A stretch of DNA of 64,000 nucleotides from Candidatus Multivoradales bacterium (GTDB taxonomy: Bacteria; Acidobacteriota; Thermoanaerobaculia; Multivoradales; JAHEKO01). A program made the translations under genes and the position numbers. The DNA is taken from NCBI GenBank assembly GCA_965223155.1, contig CBDCVR010000014.1, forward strand, positions 992,001 through 1,056,000, read 5' to 3'. The notes beneath the pieces were generated by a model, which saw only the letters and a program-made list of their open reading frames with translations, had not been told where the DNA came from and made no database searches. This document shows positions 52,484-61,311 of this stretch, in pieces (position 1 is the stretch's first letter; every line of letters begins with the position of its first letter).

Positions 52484-53704
52484 ATGTCCACCCGCATCGA
52501 ACGCCTCGCCCGCCTGGCGCGGTCCCACGAGTCCAAGATCGTGCTCTTGGTCCTCGACGGCGTCGGCGATCTCAAGACCGCCGCACAGCCGGAAACGCCG
52601 CTCGAAGCAGCCGCGACTCCGAACCTCGACGAGCTCGCCCGCGGCGGCTCGCTGGGGCGCATCGTGCCCGCAGGCCGCGGCATCACTCCCGGCAGCGGTC
52701 CCGGCCATCTGGCCTTGTTCGGCTTCGACCCCTGGAGTCCGCAGGCGGACATCGGCCGGGGCGTCCTCGAAGCACTGGGCCTGGGCCTCACGCTCGATGC
52801 CACCGAGATCGCCGCCCGCGGCAACTTCGCGACCGCCGACGGGGATGGCAATCTCCTGGACCGGCGGGCCGGACGGATTCCCACCGAGGAGGGACGACGC
52901 GTTTGCGCCAAGCTTCAAGACGCGGTGCGCGACTTCGACGGCGCCGAGGTACGCATCGAGCCCGGCGAAGCCTACCGGTTCGTCGTCCTTCTGCGCGGTG
53001 ACGGGCTGAGCGCCGAGCTCGCCGACACGGATCCTCAGAAGCTCGGCGTGCCACCCTTGCCCCCCCGGCCGCTCGACGACGGCGCCCAGGCCACTGCCGC
53101 GCTGGTTGCCAGGCTTCTCGAGCGCTTCGAAGAAGCGCTGGCGGACGAGCCCCAGGCCAACCGGACGCTGCTCCGAGGCTTCTCGCGCTTGCCTGATCTG
53201 CCCTCGGTCCAAGACCTCTACCGGCTGCGTGCCGGCTGTTTCGCGGGGTACCCCCTGTACCGGGGAGTCGCCTCCGCCTGCGGCATGGAAGTCATCGAGT
53301 GCGGCAAGTCACCCCGAGATGTGTTCGAGACCACCGCCGAGCACTGGCAGCAATTCGACTACTTTTTCCTCCACGTCAAACAGACCGACCAGGCCGGTGA
53401 GGACGGCGATGCCGCGGCCAAGGCTCGCGTGCTGGAGGAGGTCGACGCCGCCATGCCCAAGCTCCTCGAGTGCCAGCCGGACGTCTTGGCGATCACCGGC
53501 GACCACTCCACCCCGGCGCCGATGCGGGCGCATAGCTGGCATCCGGTGCCGCTCCTGGTATCGGCGGCGACGGCCTTTATCGACACAACCGAGGCCTTTT
53601 CCGAGACGGCGGCCACAAGAGGCCACCTCGGCTCCTTCCCCTCGGACGAGCTCATGGGCGTGCTCCTCGCCCACGCCGGCCGGCTCGCCAAGTACGGCGC
53701 GTGA
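52484..53704 (+). CDS. apgM: 2,3-bisphosphoglycerate-independent phosphoglycerate mutase (ApgM type)
   Basis: LDGVGD, TPLEAAATPNLD, PGSGPGHL, FLHVKQTDQAGEDG, TGDHSTP, HSWHPVP. Confidence 0.92.
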   Translation: MSTRIERLARLARSHESKIVLLVLDGVGDLKTAAQPETPLEAAATPNLDELARGGSLGRIVPAGRGITPGSGPGHLALFGFDPWSPQADIGRGVLEALGLGLTLDATEIAARGNFATADGDGNLLDRRAGRIPTEEGRRVCAKLQDAVRDFDGAEVRIEPGEAYRFVVLLRGDGLSAELADTDPQKLGVPPLPPRPLDDGAQATAALVARLLERFEEALADEPQANRTLLRGFSRLPDLPSVQDLYRLRAGCFAGYPLYRGVASACGMEVIECGKSPRDVFETTAEHWQQFDYFFLHVKQTDQAGEDGDAAAKARVLEEVDAAMPKLLECQPDVLAITGDHSTPAPMRAHSWHPVPLLVSAATAFIDTTEAFSETAATRGHLGSFPSDELMGVLLAHAGRLAKYGA

Positions 53705-54405
53705 GCCCGGAGCCGCGCCGGCTCGACCCGCGTTCCAGGGTCCAGGGCATCTCCTATCCCCGGAGCGGCTACACCGTGCTCTCGAACATGCTGCTCGCGT
53801 ACTTCGGGCCGGAATTTCGACGCTGCGACCGCTACGGCCATTGCCGCCAGACGCCGTGCAGCGACCCGCGGACCCTGCTCCAGAAGGACCACGATCTGCG
53901 ACTTCGCAGCCCGATCCTCCCCGACGTCCAGTACCTGGTCCTCTTCCGCAACCCGATCGAGTCGATCGCCTCGTGGTGGGAGTTCGACCGCAGCAAGAGC
54001 CGACGCTACCTGAGGCTGCGTGCGCTGCCCGCCGGGCCCATCCTGGCCCGCCTGGCTTTCCCGGAACGCCGAGCCGCTTGGCGCCGCAGCCTGCGCCGGA
54101 GGCTCCAGCTCTGGCGGCGATTCATCCATAAGTGGGTTCTGGACAGCCCTCCCGAAAACGCCTACTTCCTGCCCTACCACCGCTTCCTGGCCGCTCCCGC
54201 CGAGTGCTTCCTCACCGCCATCGCCCTCTTCCGACCCGAGGAGATCGACGAGGCCAGAGCCCGTGCGATCGTTCGGGGCCGCCACATTCGGCCCCGGCGG
54301 AGACTCAGCAGATTCCGCTACTTCGACGAGAGCCGTCTGCGAGCGGCTGAGCGCAGCGTGGCCCCCGAGCTCATGCGGCTCGAGATCCCTTCGTTTCGCC
54401 TCTAG
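53701..54405 (+). CDS. Sulfotransferase-like P-loop protein
   Basis: ISYPRSG (5'-PSB-like) and LFRNPIESIASW (3'-PB-like). Confidence 0.65.
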   Translation: MSPEPRRLDPRSRVQGISYPRSGYTVLSNMLLAYFGPEFRRCDRYGHCRQTPCSDPRTLLQKDHDLRLRSPILPDVQYLVLFRNPIESIASWWEFDRSKSRRYLRLRALPAGPILARLAFPERRAAWRRSLRRRLQLWRRFIHKWVLDSPPENAYFLPYHRFLAAPAECFLTAIALFRPEEIDEARARAIVRGRHIRPRRRLSRFRYFDESRLRAAERSVAPELMRLEIPSFRL

Positions 54406-54424
54406 CGGAAGCTAGTCGCGGGGC

Positions 54425-54967
54425 CTACCGGAAACCGCGCCGGAGCTCGCGCCGGAAGGTCGAGAAGGTCTTTTCGTCGAAGAGGCACACGACCACGCGG
54501 TCCAGCTTGGTACCGCCCTGGAGGTAGCGATGAATCTCGGTCAGGGTGACCCGAGCGCAGCGATCGGTCGGGAAGCCGAAGTTTCCGGTCGAGATGGCCG
54601 GAACGGCGATCGAACGCAAGCCGTGGCGATCGGCCAGCGCCAGCGCCGAGCGCACCGCCGAGGACAGTTTCCGGTCCTCGTCCCCCTCGCCCATCTGCGG
54701 TCCGACGGCGTGAATCACGTGCTTGGCGTCGAGCTCGCCGGCGCCGGTGATCACCGCCATGCCCACTTGGGTCTTGCCGATGCGATTGCATTCCTTCTGG
54801 ATCGAATCGCCACCCTTGTCGAGAATGGCTCCGGCCACTCCCGACCCCAGCTTCAGGCTTTCGTTTGCCGGATTGACCAGAGCCTCGACGTCGAGACTGG
54901 TGATATCGCCTTCCAGCAGCTCGAGCTGCGTTCCGTTCAGTTGGATCTTGACGTGATTCTTGCCCAT
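54425..54967 (-). CDS. Macro domain protein (O-acetyl-ADP-ribose deacetylase-like)
   Basis: GDIT, LVNPAN...GSGVAGAI, VIHAVGP, PAISTGNFGFP. Confidence 0.92.
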   Translation of the reverse strand: MGKNHVKIQLNGTQLELLEGDITSLDVEALVNPANESLKLGSGVAGAILDKGGDSIQKECNRIGKTQVGMAVITGAGELDAKHVIHAVGPQMGEGDEDRKLSSAVRSALALADRHGLRSIAVPAISTGNFGFPTDRCARVTLTEIHRYLQGGTKLDRVVVCLFDEKTFSTFRRELRRGFR

Positions 54968-55091
54968 CGCGAAGGTACCCCGATTCAAAGCGACTCAGAG
55001 CCACCAATCATATCAGCTAGAAACCACTCCCAGCCGACCGCCACCGGCCCGAGCCGCCGTCTCCGTTCCTTAGGATAGACTCCCGGCCGCG

Positions 55092-57020
55092 ATGTTGGCC
55101 GCAATACGAGCCTCTCTGGCCGAACGGCTCGAAGAGCGGATCCGGAGTCTCTACGGCCTCGATGTGGCCGTCGGGCCTGCGAGCCTGGAGGTCCCTCCCC
55201 GGCGCGAGCTCGGCGACCTCGCCTATCCGGGCGCCCTGCAACTGGCCCGCGAGCTGGGCAAGAACCCACGCCAGATCGGCCAGGAGATCGCGGCGGAGCT
55301 CGAACTGCCGGAAGGCGTGCGCGAGCTGCGGATCGAAGGTCCGGGATTCGTCAACGTCTATCTCGACCGCGGCGCCCTCACCGCTCGGCTCTTATCCGAG
55401 CCGCTGATCGGCCCAGAGGACGCACCGGGCCACGCCAAGACCATCGTCGAACACACCAACATTAATCCCAACAAGGCCGCCCACATCGGGCATCTGCGCA
55501 ACGCCGTCCTCGGCGACGTCCTCATTCGCGTGCTGAAGGCGCTGGGCCGGCCGGTAGAGGTCCAGAACTACATAGACGACACGGGCGTCCAACTGGCCGA
55601 CGTCGTGGTCGGCCTAGTCGATCTGCGCGGTCAGACCCTGGAAGACGTCCGCGCCGTGCCCGAGCCCTTCGACTACTACTGCTGGGACCTCTATAGCGAA
55701 GTCGGCCGCTGGTACGAGAAAGACTCCGATCGTCTCGAGCTCAGGCGTGCGACTCTGCACGAGCTCGAGTCCGGGCAAGGCGAGCGAGCCGCCATGGGCA
55801 CTCTCGTGGCCCGCCGCATCGTGGCCCGGCATCTGGCCACCATGCGCCGCCTTGGAGTCGACTACGACCTTCTCACCCACGAGTCCGCGATCCTCGGTCT
55901 GGATTTTTTCAAGCAAGCCTTCGCGGCCCTGGAGGCCGCCGGGGCCATCCATCTCGAGAAGGACGGCAAGAACGCCGGCTGCTGGGTCATGCCGTTGGCC
56001 GGAAGCTCCGAGTTCGCCGGTCTCGAAGACCCCGACAAGGTCATCGTGCGCTCGGACGGCACCGTCACCTACGTCGGCAAGGACATCGCCTACCAGCTCT
56101 GGAAGTTCGGCCTCCTGGGCCTCGATTTCCGGTACCGGAAGTGGACGGACGAAGACGTCTGGGAGACCGCTCTCGAAGGCGTCGATGAGCATCCGGACTT
56201 CGGCAGCGCCGAGCGCGTCGTCAACGTCATCGACGCCCGGCAAAGCTATCTGCAGAAGATCGTGCGAGCCGGTCTCGAGCGGCTCGGACACGAGCAGGCA
56301 GCCGACAATTCCATCCACTTTGCCTACGAGATGGTGGCGCTGTCGGCCGGGGCCGCGCGGCAACTGGGAGTGGCCGAAGACGGCGACGACAAGCGCCTCG
56401 AGATGTCCGGCCGCAAGGGCATCGGCGTCAAGGCCGACGATCTCATCGACCAGCTCGAAGCCAAGAGCCGCCAGGAGATCGCCGCCCGCAATCGCGACCT
56501 GGACGGCGAAGAGCTGGCCGATCTGGCTCGGGTCATCGCGACCGCGGCCCTGCGGTTCTTCATGGTCAGGGCGACCACGACGCGGGTCATCGCCTTTGAC
56601 TTCGACGAAGCCTTGAGCTTCGAGGGCGATTCCGGCCCCTACCTCCAATACGCGCTGGTGCGGGCGGCCAACATCCGGCGCCGGCTGCGGGAAGAAGGCC
56701 TGGACGACGCGGTTCTGCCGGAGGACGCGGCGGCTCTGCCGGCCGAGATCTGGAGCGACGATCTGTGGGAGCTGGTCTTTGCCGCCGCTGAGCTCCAAGA
56801 TCGCGCCGCGGCGGTCGCCGAGTCGCTCGAGCTCTCTCAACTCGCACGCTTCGCCCTCGAGCTCGCGCAGAAGTTCAACGCCGTCTATCACCGGCATCCG
56901 ATCCTTCAGGAGGAAGACTCGGCGGTGCGCGCTTCGCGGCTCGCCGCGACCCGGATCTTCGCGAAGGCGCTCACCGAGCTCATGGGCTTGCTCGGCCTGC
57001 CGCTGGCCCAACGGATGTAG
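55092..57020 (+). CDS. argS: Arginine--tRNA ligase
   Basis: EHTNINPNKAAHIGHLRN, MSGRKG, SFEGDSGPYLQYA. Confidence 0.96.
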   Translation: MLAAIRASLAERLEERIRSLYGLDVAVGPASLEVPPRRELGDLAYPGALQLARELGKNPRQIGQEIAAELELPEGVRELRIEGPGFVNVYLDRGALTARLLSEPLIGPEDAPGHAKTIVEHTNINPNKAAHIGHLRNAVLGDVLIRVLKALGRPVEVQNYIDDTGVQLADVVVGLVDLRGQTLEDVRAVPEPFDYYCWDLYSEVGRWYEKDSDRLELRRATLHELESGQGERAAMGTLVARRIVARHLATMRRLGVDYDLLTHESAILGLDFFKQAFAALEAAGAIHLEKDGKNAGCWVMPLAGSSEFAGLEDPDKVIVRSDGTVTYVGKDIAYQLWKFGLLGLDFRYRKWTDEDVWETALEGVDEHPDFGSAERVVNVIDARQSYLQKIVRAGLERLGHEQAADNSIHFAYEMVALSAGAARQLGVAEDGDDKRLEMSGRKGIGVKADDLIDQLEAKSRQEIAARNRDLDGEELADLARVIATAALRFFMVRATTTRVIAFDFDEALSFEGDSGPYLQYALVRAANIRRRLREEGLDDAVLPEDAAALPAEIWSDDLWELVFAAAELQDRAAAVAESLELSQLARFALELAQKFNAVYHRHPILQEEDSAVRASRLAATRIFAKALTELMGLLGLPLAQRM

Positions 57021-57029
57021 GTCGACAGA

Positions 57030-57464
57030 GTGGCCGGCAGCTCTTCGAGCCCAGGGAGCACGCCGCTCGGAGCCAAGCTTGGCATCCGGCCGGGAGCCCG
57101 GGTGCGGCTGGCGTCGGCGCCTTCCGGTTTCGTGGCTCTGCTCGAACCCCTCCCCGCCGGGGTCACGATCGGCGACCGGCTGCGCTCGCGAATCGACGTC
57201 TGCATCTTCTTCCCGGCGTCGCGCGCGGATCTTACCCGCCGGATCCGGCCGCTGGCGGATTCCCTTCTCCCCAATGGCGGCCTCTGGGTGGCTTGGCCCA
57301 AGAAGGCGGCCGTGAAGAGGGCCTTGAAGGTCCCGACCGACCTCGATTTCGGCCGCGTCCAGCAGGCCGGTCTCGCCGCCGGGCTCGTCGACAACAAGGT
57401 GTGCGCGGTGAGCGACGTCTACTCAGGATTACGATTCGTCTTTCGCCTCCGCGACCGTACCTGA
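57030..57464 (+). CDS. DUF3052-like protein
   Basis: TPLGAKLGI, GGLWVAWPKK, GLVDNKVCAV...SGLRF. Confidence 0.75.
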   Translation: MAGSSSSPGSTPLGAKLGIRPGARVRLASAPSGFVALLEPLPAGVTIGDRLRSRIDVCIFFPASRADLTRRIRPLADSLLPNGGLWVAWPKKAAVKRALKVPTDLDFGRVQQAGLAAGLVDNKVCAVSDVYSGLRFVFRLRDRT

Positions 57465-57538
57465 CCCGGGGTGCTAGACTCCGGCAACTCCGGTTTTCGA
57501 CTGCCACTGGCAGTCCCCCCGCTCACGGTCCGCCCCTC

Positions 57539-58126
57539 ATGGCCACGGCACAGCGCGTTCTCTACGAAACGATCACGGTAATCGTCTTTCTAGCCTTGCT
57601 GGCCGGAACGATTTTCTGGGCCGAGAACCGCCTCGCGCGCCGGGCCGCAGCTCTCAAGGCCGAGCAGGACGCCGCCATCGCCGCCGCGGGCGAAGAGTTC
57701 GAGCGCCACCAGCAAAACCTGGCGGCGAGCTACGCCGAACGCGAGCAGGCTCAGGCCATCGCCGAGGCCCGTGCCGTTTTCTCCGCGTTCGAATCGGGCA
57801 TCCGCTCGGCCGTCGCCGCACGCTGGAGCAACTATCTGACCCGGGCCAAGAGCGACCTGCTCGCCGAGCCCAAGGTGGCTTTCGTCCACGTTCTGAGCCA
57901 GTCCGGCCTGGTTCTGGCCAGCAGCGACGAGAAGCTCACGCGCACGGGACGCGCCGACGAACGCGCCGACTGGGTCCTGGCCTCGACCGAGGTCACCGTC
58001 CGCGACAGCTCGATTCCCGGCCATGTCGAGCTGGGCGGCCCGCTCCGCGACAGCGGGCGCACCATCGGCTATCTCTGGCTCGGCTACGACACCCGGTCCC
58101 CGGCTCGCGCACCGGAGCAACAGTAG
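57539..58126 (+). CDS. Hypothetical membrane-anchored protein (TM, coiled coil, possible Cache-like domain)
   Basis: N-terminal TM TITVIVFLALLAGTIFW; GPLRDSGRTIGYLWLGYD at the C-terminus. Confidence 0.6.
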   Translation: MATAQRVLYETITVIVFLALLAGTIFWAENRLARRAAALKAEQDAAIAAAGEEFERHQQNLAASYAEREQAQAIAEARAVFSAFESGIRSAVAARWSNYLTRAKSDLLAEPKVAFVHVLSQSGLVLASSDEKLTRTGRADERADWVLASTEVTVRDSSIPGHVELGGPLRDSGRTIGYLWLGYDTRSPARAPEQQ

Positions 58127-58175
58127 GCTGCTGAGCGGATAGTGCTTCATTCTCTGCCAGAATGTTGTGCCGAGA

Positions 58176-58189
58176 ACTACAACTGTGGT
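58176..58189. promoter_or_regulatory. BlaI/CopY-type operator
   Basis: ACTACA-AC-TGTGGT, an imperfect palindrome close to TACAnnTGTA, 13 bp upstream of the blaI-like ATG. Confidence 0.6.
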
Positions 58190-58202
58190 ACAAACGCCAC
58201 AA

Positions 58203-58592
58203 ATGACGTTCTCCCTTCCTCGCCTGTCTCGGACCGAATGGAAGATCATGAACATCTGCTGGAGGCTGGGTTCGGCAACCGGCAAGGAAATCTGGCATGA
58301 GTCGCTCGCCGAGCAGCACCGCGAATACCAAACCGTCAAGACGCTCCTGGATCGGATCGCCGCAAAAGGGTACCTGACCGTCGATAAGGTCGGTCCAGTC
58401 TCGGTGTTCGCCCCCGCTTGTGAACGCAGCCAAGCCTTGACCCGGGCGATTCGACACTTCGTCGACGAAGTTCTGGACCGATCGGTCGCTCCCCTCTATC
58501 TTCATTTCGCCGAGCACGAGGATCTTACGGAAGGCGAAGTTCGAAAGCTCCGTCGCCTTCTAGACCGGCGCTCGACTCCGAGGACCAAATGA
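58203..58592 (+). CDS. BlaI/MecI/CopY family transcriptional repressor
   Basis: LSRTEWKIMNICW, YQTVKTLLDRIAAKG; ATGA coupling to the M56 gene. Confidence 0.92.
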   Translation: MTFSLPRLSRTEWKIMNICWRLGSATGKEIWHESLAEQHREYQTVKTLLDRIAAKGYLTVDKVGPVSVFAPACERSQALTRAIRHFVDEVLDRSVAPLYLHFAEHEDLTEGEVRKLRRLLDRRSTPRTK

Positions 58593-61294
58593 TGATGCAG
58601 GTCACTTCCCTCGCCGCAGCGTGGTGGCAAGCAGCCCTCGCGGTGAGCCTCCAGTTCGCCATCCTCGTACTCCTCGCGGGACTCCTCGTTTTCGCCTGCC
58701 GCAAGGCCGGTCCACAAGTGCGGCACACGATCTGGCTGGTTGTCATGGCTCGTCTCCTCGTTCCAGCGGGGATCCAGACTCCCGTGGGCATCGCCGATCG
58801 ATTCCCAGGCAAGATCGACATGCGGCTCTCCGATCGTCCGGCCCCAGGATCCTTCCCGGCCGGCACCGGCGTCGCCGGCCCTCCGACTAAGGACTCGACG
58901 ATGGGTGTGACCGACGGCGAGCCTCGAGGCCAGGTCCCGCCGATGCCGTCACGGTTCGGACCCACGCTTCTCGTCTTCGGCCTCTGGGTGGCCGGCCTTG
59001 GCTCCCTGGCGCTGCTAGTCGTGGGTCGCGGCCTTGGCGAACGCCGCCGGATTCGAGCCGATGGCCTCGCCGCTCCGCGGTGGCTCCAGCAGCGAGCGAA
59101 CGCAATGAGTGCCGAGTTCGGTATCCGACAAGTTCCCGTGATCGTGCTGCCGGGTGGCGCGCTTTCACTCGGACCCGGAGTTCAGGGTGTGTTTCGACCC
59201 CAGATCGTTCTCCCATCCGAGGTCCTCGACCGCGCCCCCTCTGAGCTCGAAACCGTGCTCGCCCACGAGCTCATCCATCTTCGCAGGCGAGATCACTGGA
59301 TCCGAGCCGTCCAAACAGCCTTGCAGATCGTGTTCTTCTTCCATCCCCTGGTATGGCTGGCGAGCCACCGGCTCTCGATCGAACGAGAGCTGGCGTGCGA
59401 CGACGAAACCATACGCTGGCTCGGCAAGGCTCCCAAGAGATACGCCGAGGTGCTCCTCCAGTTCGCGGTTCCCGGTCCGGCCTTTCTGCCGGGCCACGGC
59501 TCGCTGCCCCTGGTCTCCCGCCGGAGATCCCTGGAACGAAGACTCGTCCGATTGGCCTCCGGCCGGGTTCGGCCCCGGCCCTCGCGAGGGCGCATCGTTG
59601 CCGCTACTGTCCTTGCCATGCTCCTGGCCTCGATCGCCGGCACGGGCTCGCAGGCCTCCTTGCAAGACACGTCCGCGGAACGCAACCCGGACCTCGGCGC
59701 CTCGTCCGAGCGGGTTCGGGGAATCATCACCTGGGAACGCTTCTTTGTCGGCGCGACCCTCGAAGAGGCTCTCCAGACCGAAGCTCGAACAACCACCGGA
59801 GATCTTGAGCCCGGTCGCCTCGCGGAGCGGGGAATCACCGACGAGTCGGTTCTCGATGCCGACACCGAAGGCCAGGTCTGGATCAAGAGCTACCTCGGTC
59901 TCGAGGGTCGCGTGCTAGAAGCCGAGGTCACGAAGTCGCTGATCCCCGACGTTGACGAGATGCTGCGCCAACGCGTTCTTGGCACCCGATACGAGCCCTG
60001 GGTCCTCAAGAATCACGGCCCGGTATTTGCCGAAGTGACCTTCCGCTTTCGGATCCGACCCGAGGGCGCGCTCTGGCCCGAGGAGGCCGCCGCCCTACGG
60101 TTCGAGCAGGCGCAACGTCCCGTCGAGGGACTCGTCGCCACCGTCCTCGGCGCAGGCGGCGCCCAAGGCCGCAGAGCCGCCGGCAAGCGCGTTACTCCTA
60201 GGACCCAGGTGCCTCCTCCGAGCGACCTTCCAGCGAGCACGGATCCGCCGTCGCTGACGTTCACGTTCGGCGTCGATGAGGCCGGAATCGTCAACCAGGT
60301 CCGCTCCTACAGAGAGCCAACTCAAGCAACCGAACCGTCGAAGACGCTTCTCGACGCGCTCGAGGATTGGATTTCTCAACACCGATTCGAGCCGCTGGCC
60401 GGCCCCGACGGAAATCCAGTGCCCTTCGGGGCCTCTCTCACGCTCCAGCTCGAAAACGGACGGCTGCAATCCCTCGTCGATCGGGACCTGGATGGAGCCT
60501 GGGAGGCCAAATTCCACGAGGTCTATCGCCTCGGTGCGGATCGCGCGCTCAGACTCGTCACCGAGCCGTTCATTCCGGAGCGAACAAGCTTCCTCAAGGC
60601 GGCTCACCCGACCCAGGCACGGGCGATCCGGCGGGGGCCGGACACGGTCATGCTGCACTGGGACGACGAGCTCGGAAAGGCAACGTACTCCGGCCAGTGC
60701 TTCGGCTGCCGCGGCTTTCCGAGCCTCCTCCGGCGTCTCGGCTTCGAGAAATTTGCCGTGATTGCGGAGCCCGAAATCCTGGCCCTCGAGGTCCCCGCCG
60801 ACGTCATTCTCCGTCCCGACGCCGCTCGGGAGACTCTGCTCGGTGACTTGGCCGAGGAGATCCGTTCGCACTTCGGATTCGACTTGCACCTCACCCTCAA
60901 GACACTTCCCGTAGCCACGATCGTCGTCCGCGGCTCGGTCGGGGAAGTCGCCCGGGATCCCAACTTGGGCAACGACCGGACGCTGCACATCTATCGAGAT
61001 GCCAAGAATCCGGATCCTCGCTTCGGGGCCGGCGCACGACCCGCGCCGATCCTCGAGCCCTTTCTCCACTTGCTCTCGGGAGCGCTCGCCATGCCCGTCG
61101 TCGACGAGACGTCAAGTCCGGCCTTCGAACCCTTCCGGGTGAAAGTCCATCGTTCCGCTCAAAGGACGGCTGACGTCGAGCGCGTGCTCAGGAATCTCGA
61201 AGCCCAGTCCGATCTCGAGTTCGAGATCGAGCCTCGTCCGACGACCATCCTCGAGGTCGCCTGGGCGACTCGTCCACCGGACGATTCTCCCTAG
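58589..61294 (+). CDS. BlaR1-like M56 metallopeptidase with TonB-C-like and TIGR03435-like extracellular domains
   Basis: TM segments, AHELIHLRRRD, FFFHPLVW, ERELACD; later FGVDEAGIV and AMPVVDETS. Confidence 0.85.
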   Translation: MMMQVTSLAAAWWQAALAVSLQFAILVLLAGLLVFACRKAGPQVRHTIWLVVMARLLVPAGIQTPVGIADRFPGKIDMRLSDRPAPGSFPAGTGVAGPPTKDSTMGVTDGEPRGQVPPMPSRFGPTLLVFGLWVAGLGSLALLVVGRGLGERRRIRADGLAAPRWLQQRANAMSAEFGIRQVPVIVLPGGALSLGPGVQGVFRPQIVLPSEVLDRAPSELETVLAHELIHLRRRDHWIRAVQTALQIVFFFHPLVWLASHRLSIERELACDDETIRWLGKAPKRYAEVLLQFAVPGPAFLPGHGSLPLVSRRRSLERRLVRLASGRVRPRPSRGRIVAATVLAMLLASIAGTGSQASLQDTSAERNPDLGASSERVRGIITWERFFVGATLEEALQTEARTTTGDLEPGRLAERGITDESVLDADTEGQVWIKSYLGLEGRVLEAEVTKSLIPDVDEMLRQRVLGTRYEPWVLKNHGPVFAEVTFRFRIRPEGALWPEEAAALRFEQAQRPVEGLVATVLGAGGAQGRRAAGKRVTPRTQVPPPSDLPASTDPPSLTFTFGVDEAGIVNQVRSYREPTQATEPSKTLLDALEDWISQHRFEPLAGPDGNPVPFGASLTLQLENGRLQSLVDRDLDGAWEAKFHEVYRLGADRALRLVTEPFIPERTSFLKAAHPTQARAIRRGPDTVMLHWDDELGKATYSGQCFGCRGFPSLLRRLGFEKFAVIAEPEILALEVPADVILRPDAARETLLGDLAEEIRSHFGFDLHLTLKTLPVATIVVRGSVGEVARDPNLGNDRTLHIYRDAKNPDPRFGAGARPAPILEPFLHLLSGALAMPVVDETSSPAFEPFRVKVHRSAQRTADVERVLRNLEAQSDLEFEIEPRPTTILEVAWATRPPDDSP

Positions 61295-61311
61295 CCTGGC
61301 CGAATCCAGGC

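Noticed and set aside
54425-54967. Macro domain as part of a DarTG or other defence system
   Set aside because: It is a stand-alone YmdB-like gene among housekeeping genes, with no toxin partner.
58589-61294. Beta-lactam resistance locus
   Set aside because: No SxxK penicillin-binding domain was recognised and there is no adjacent beta-lactamase.
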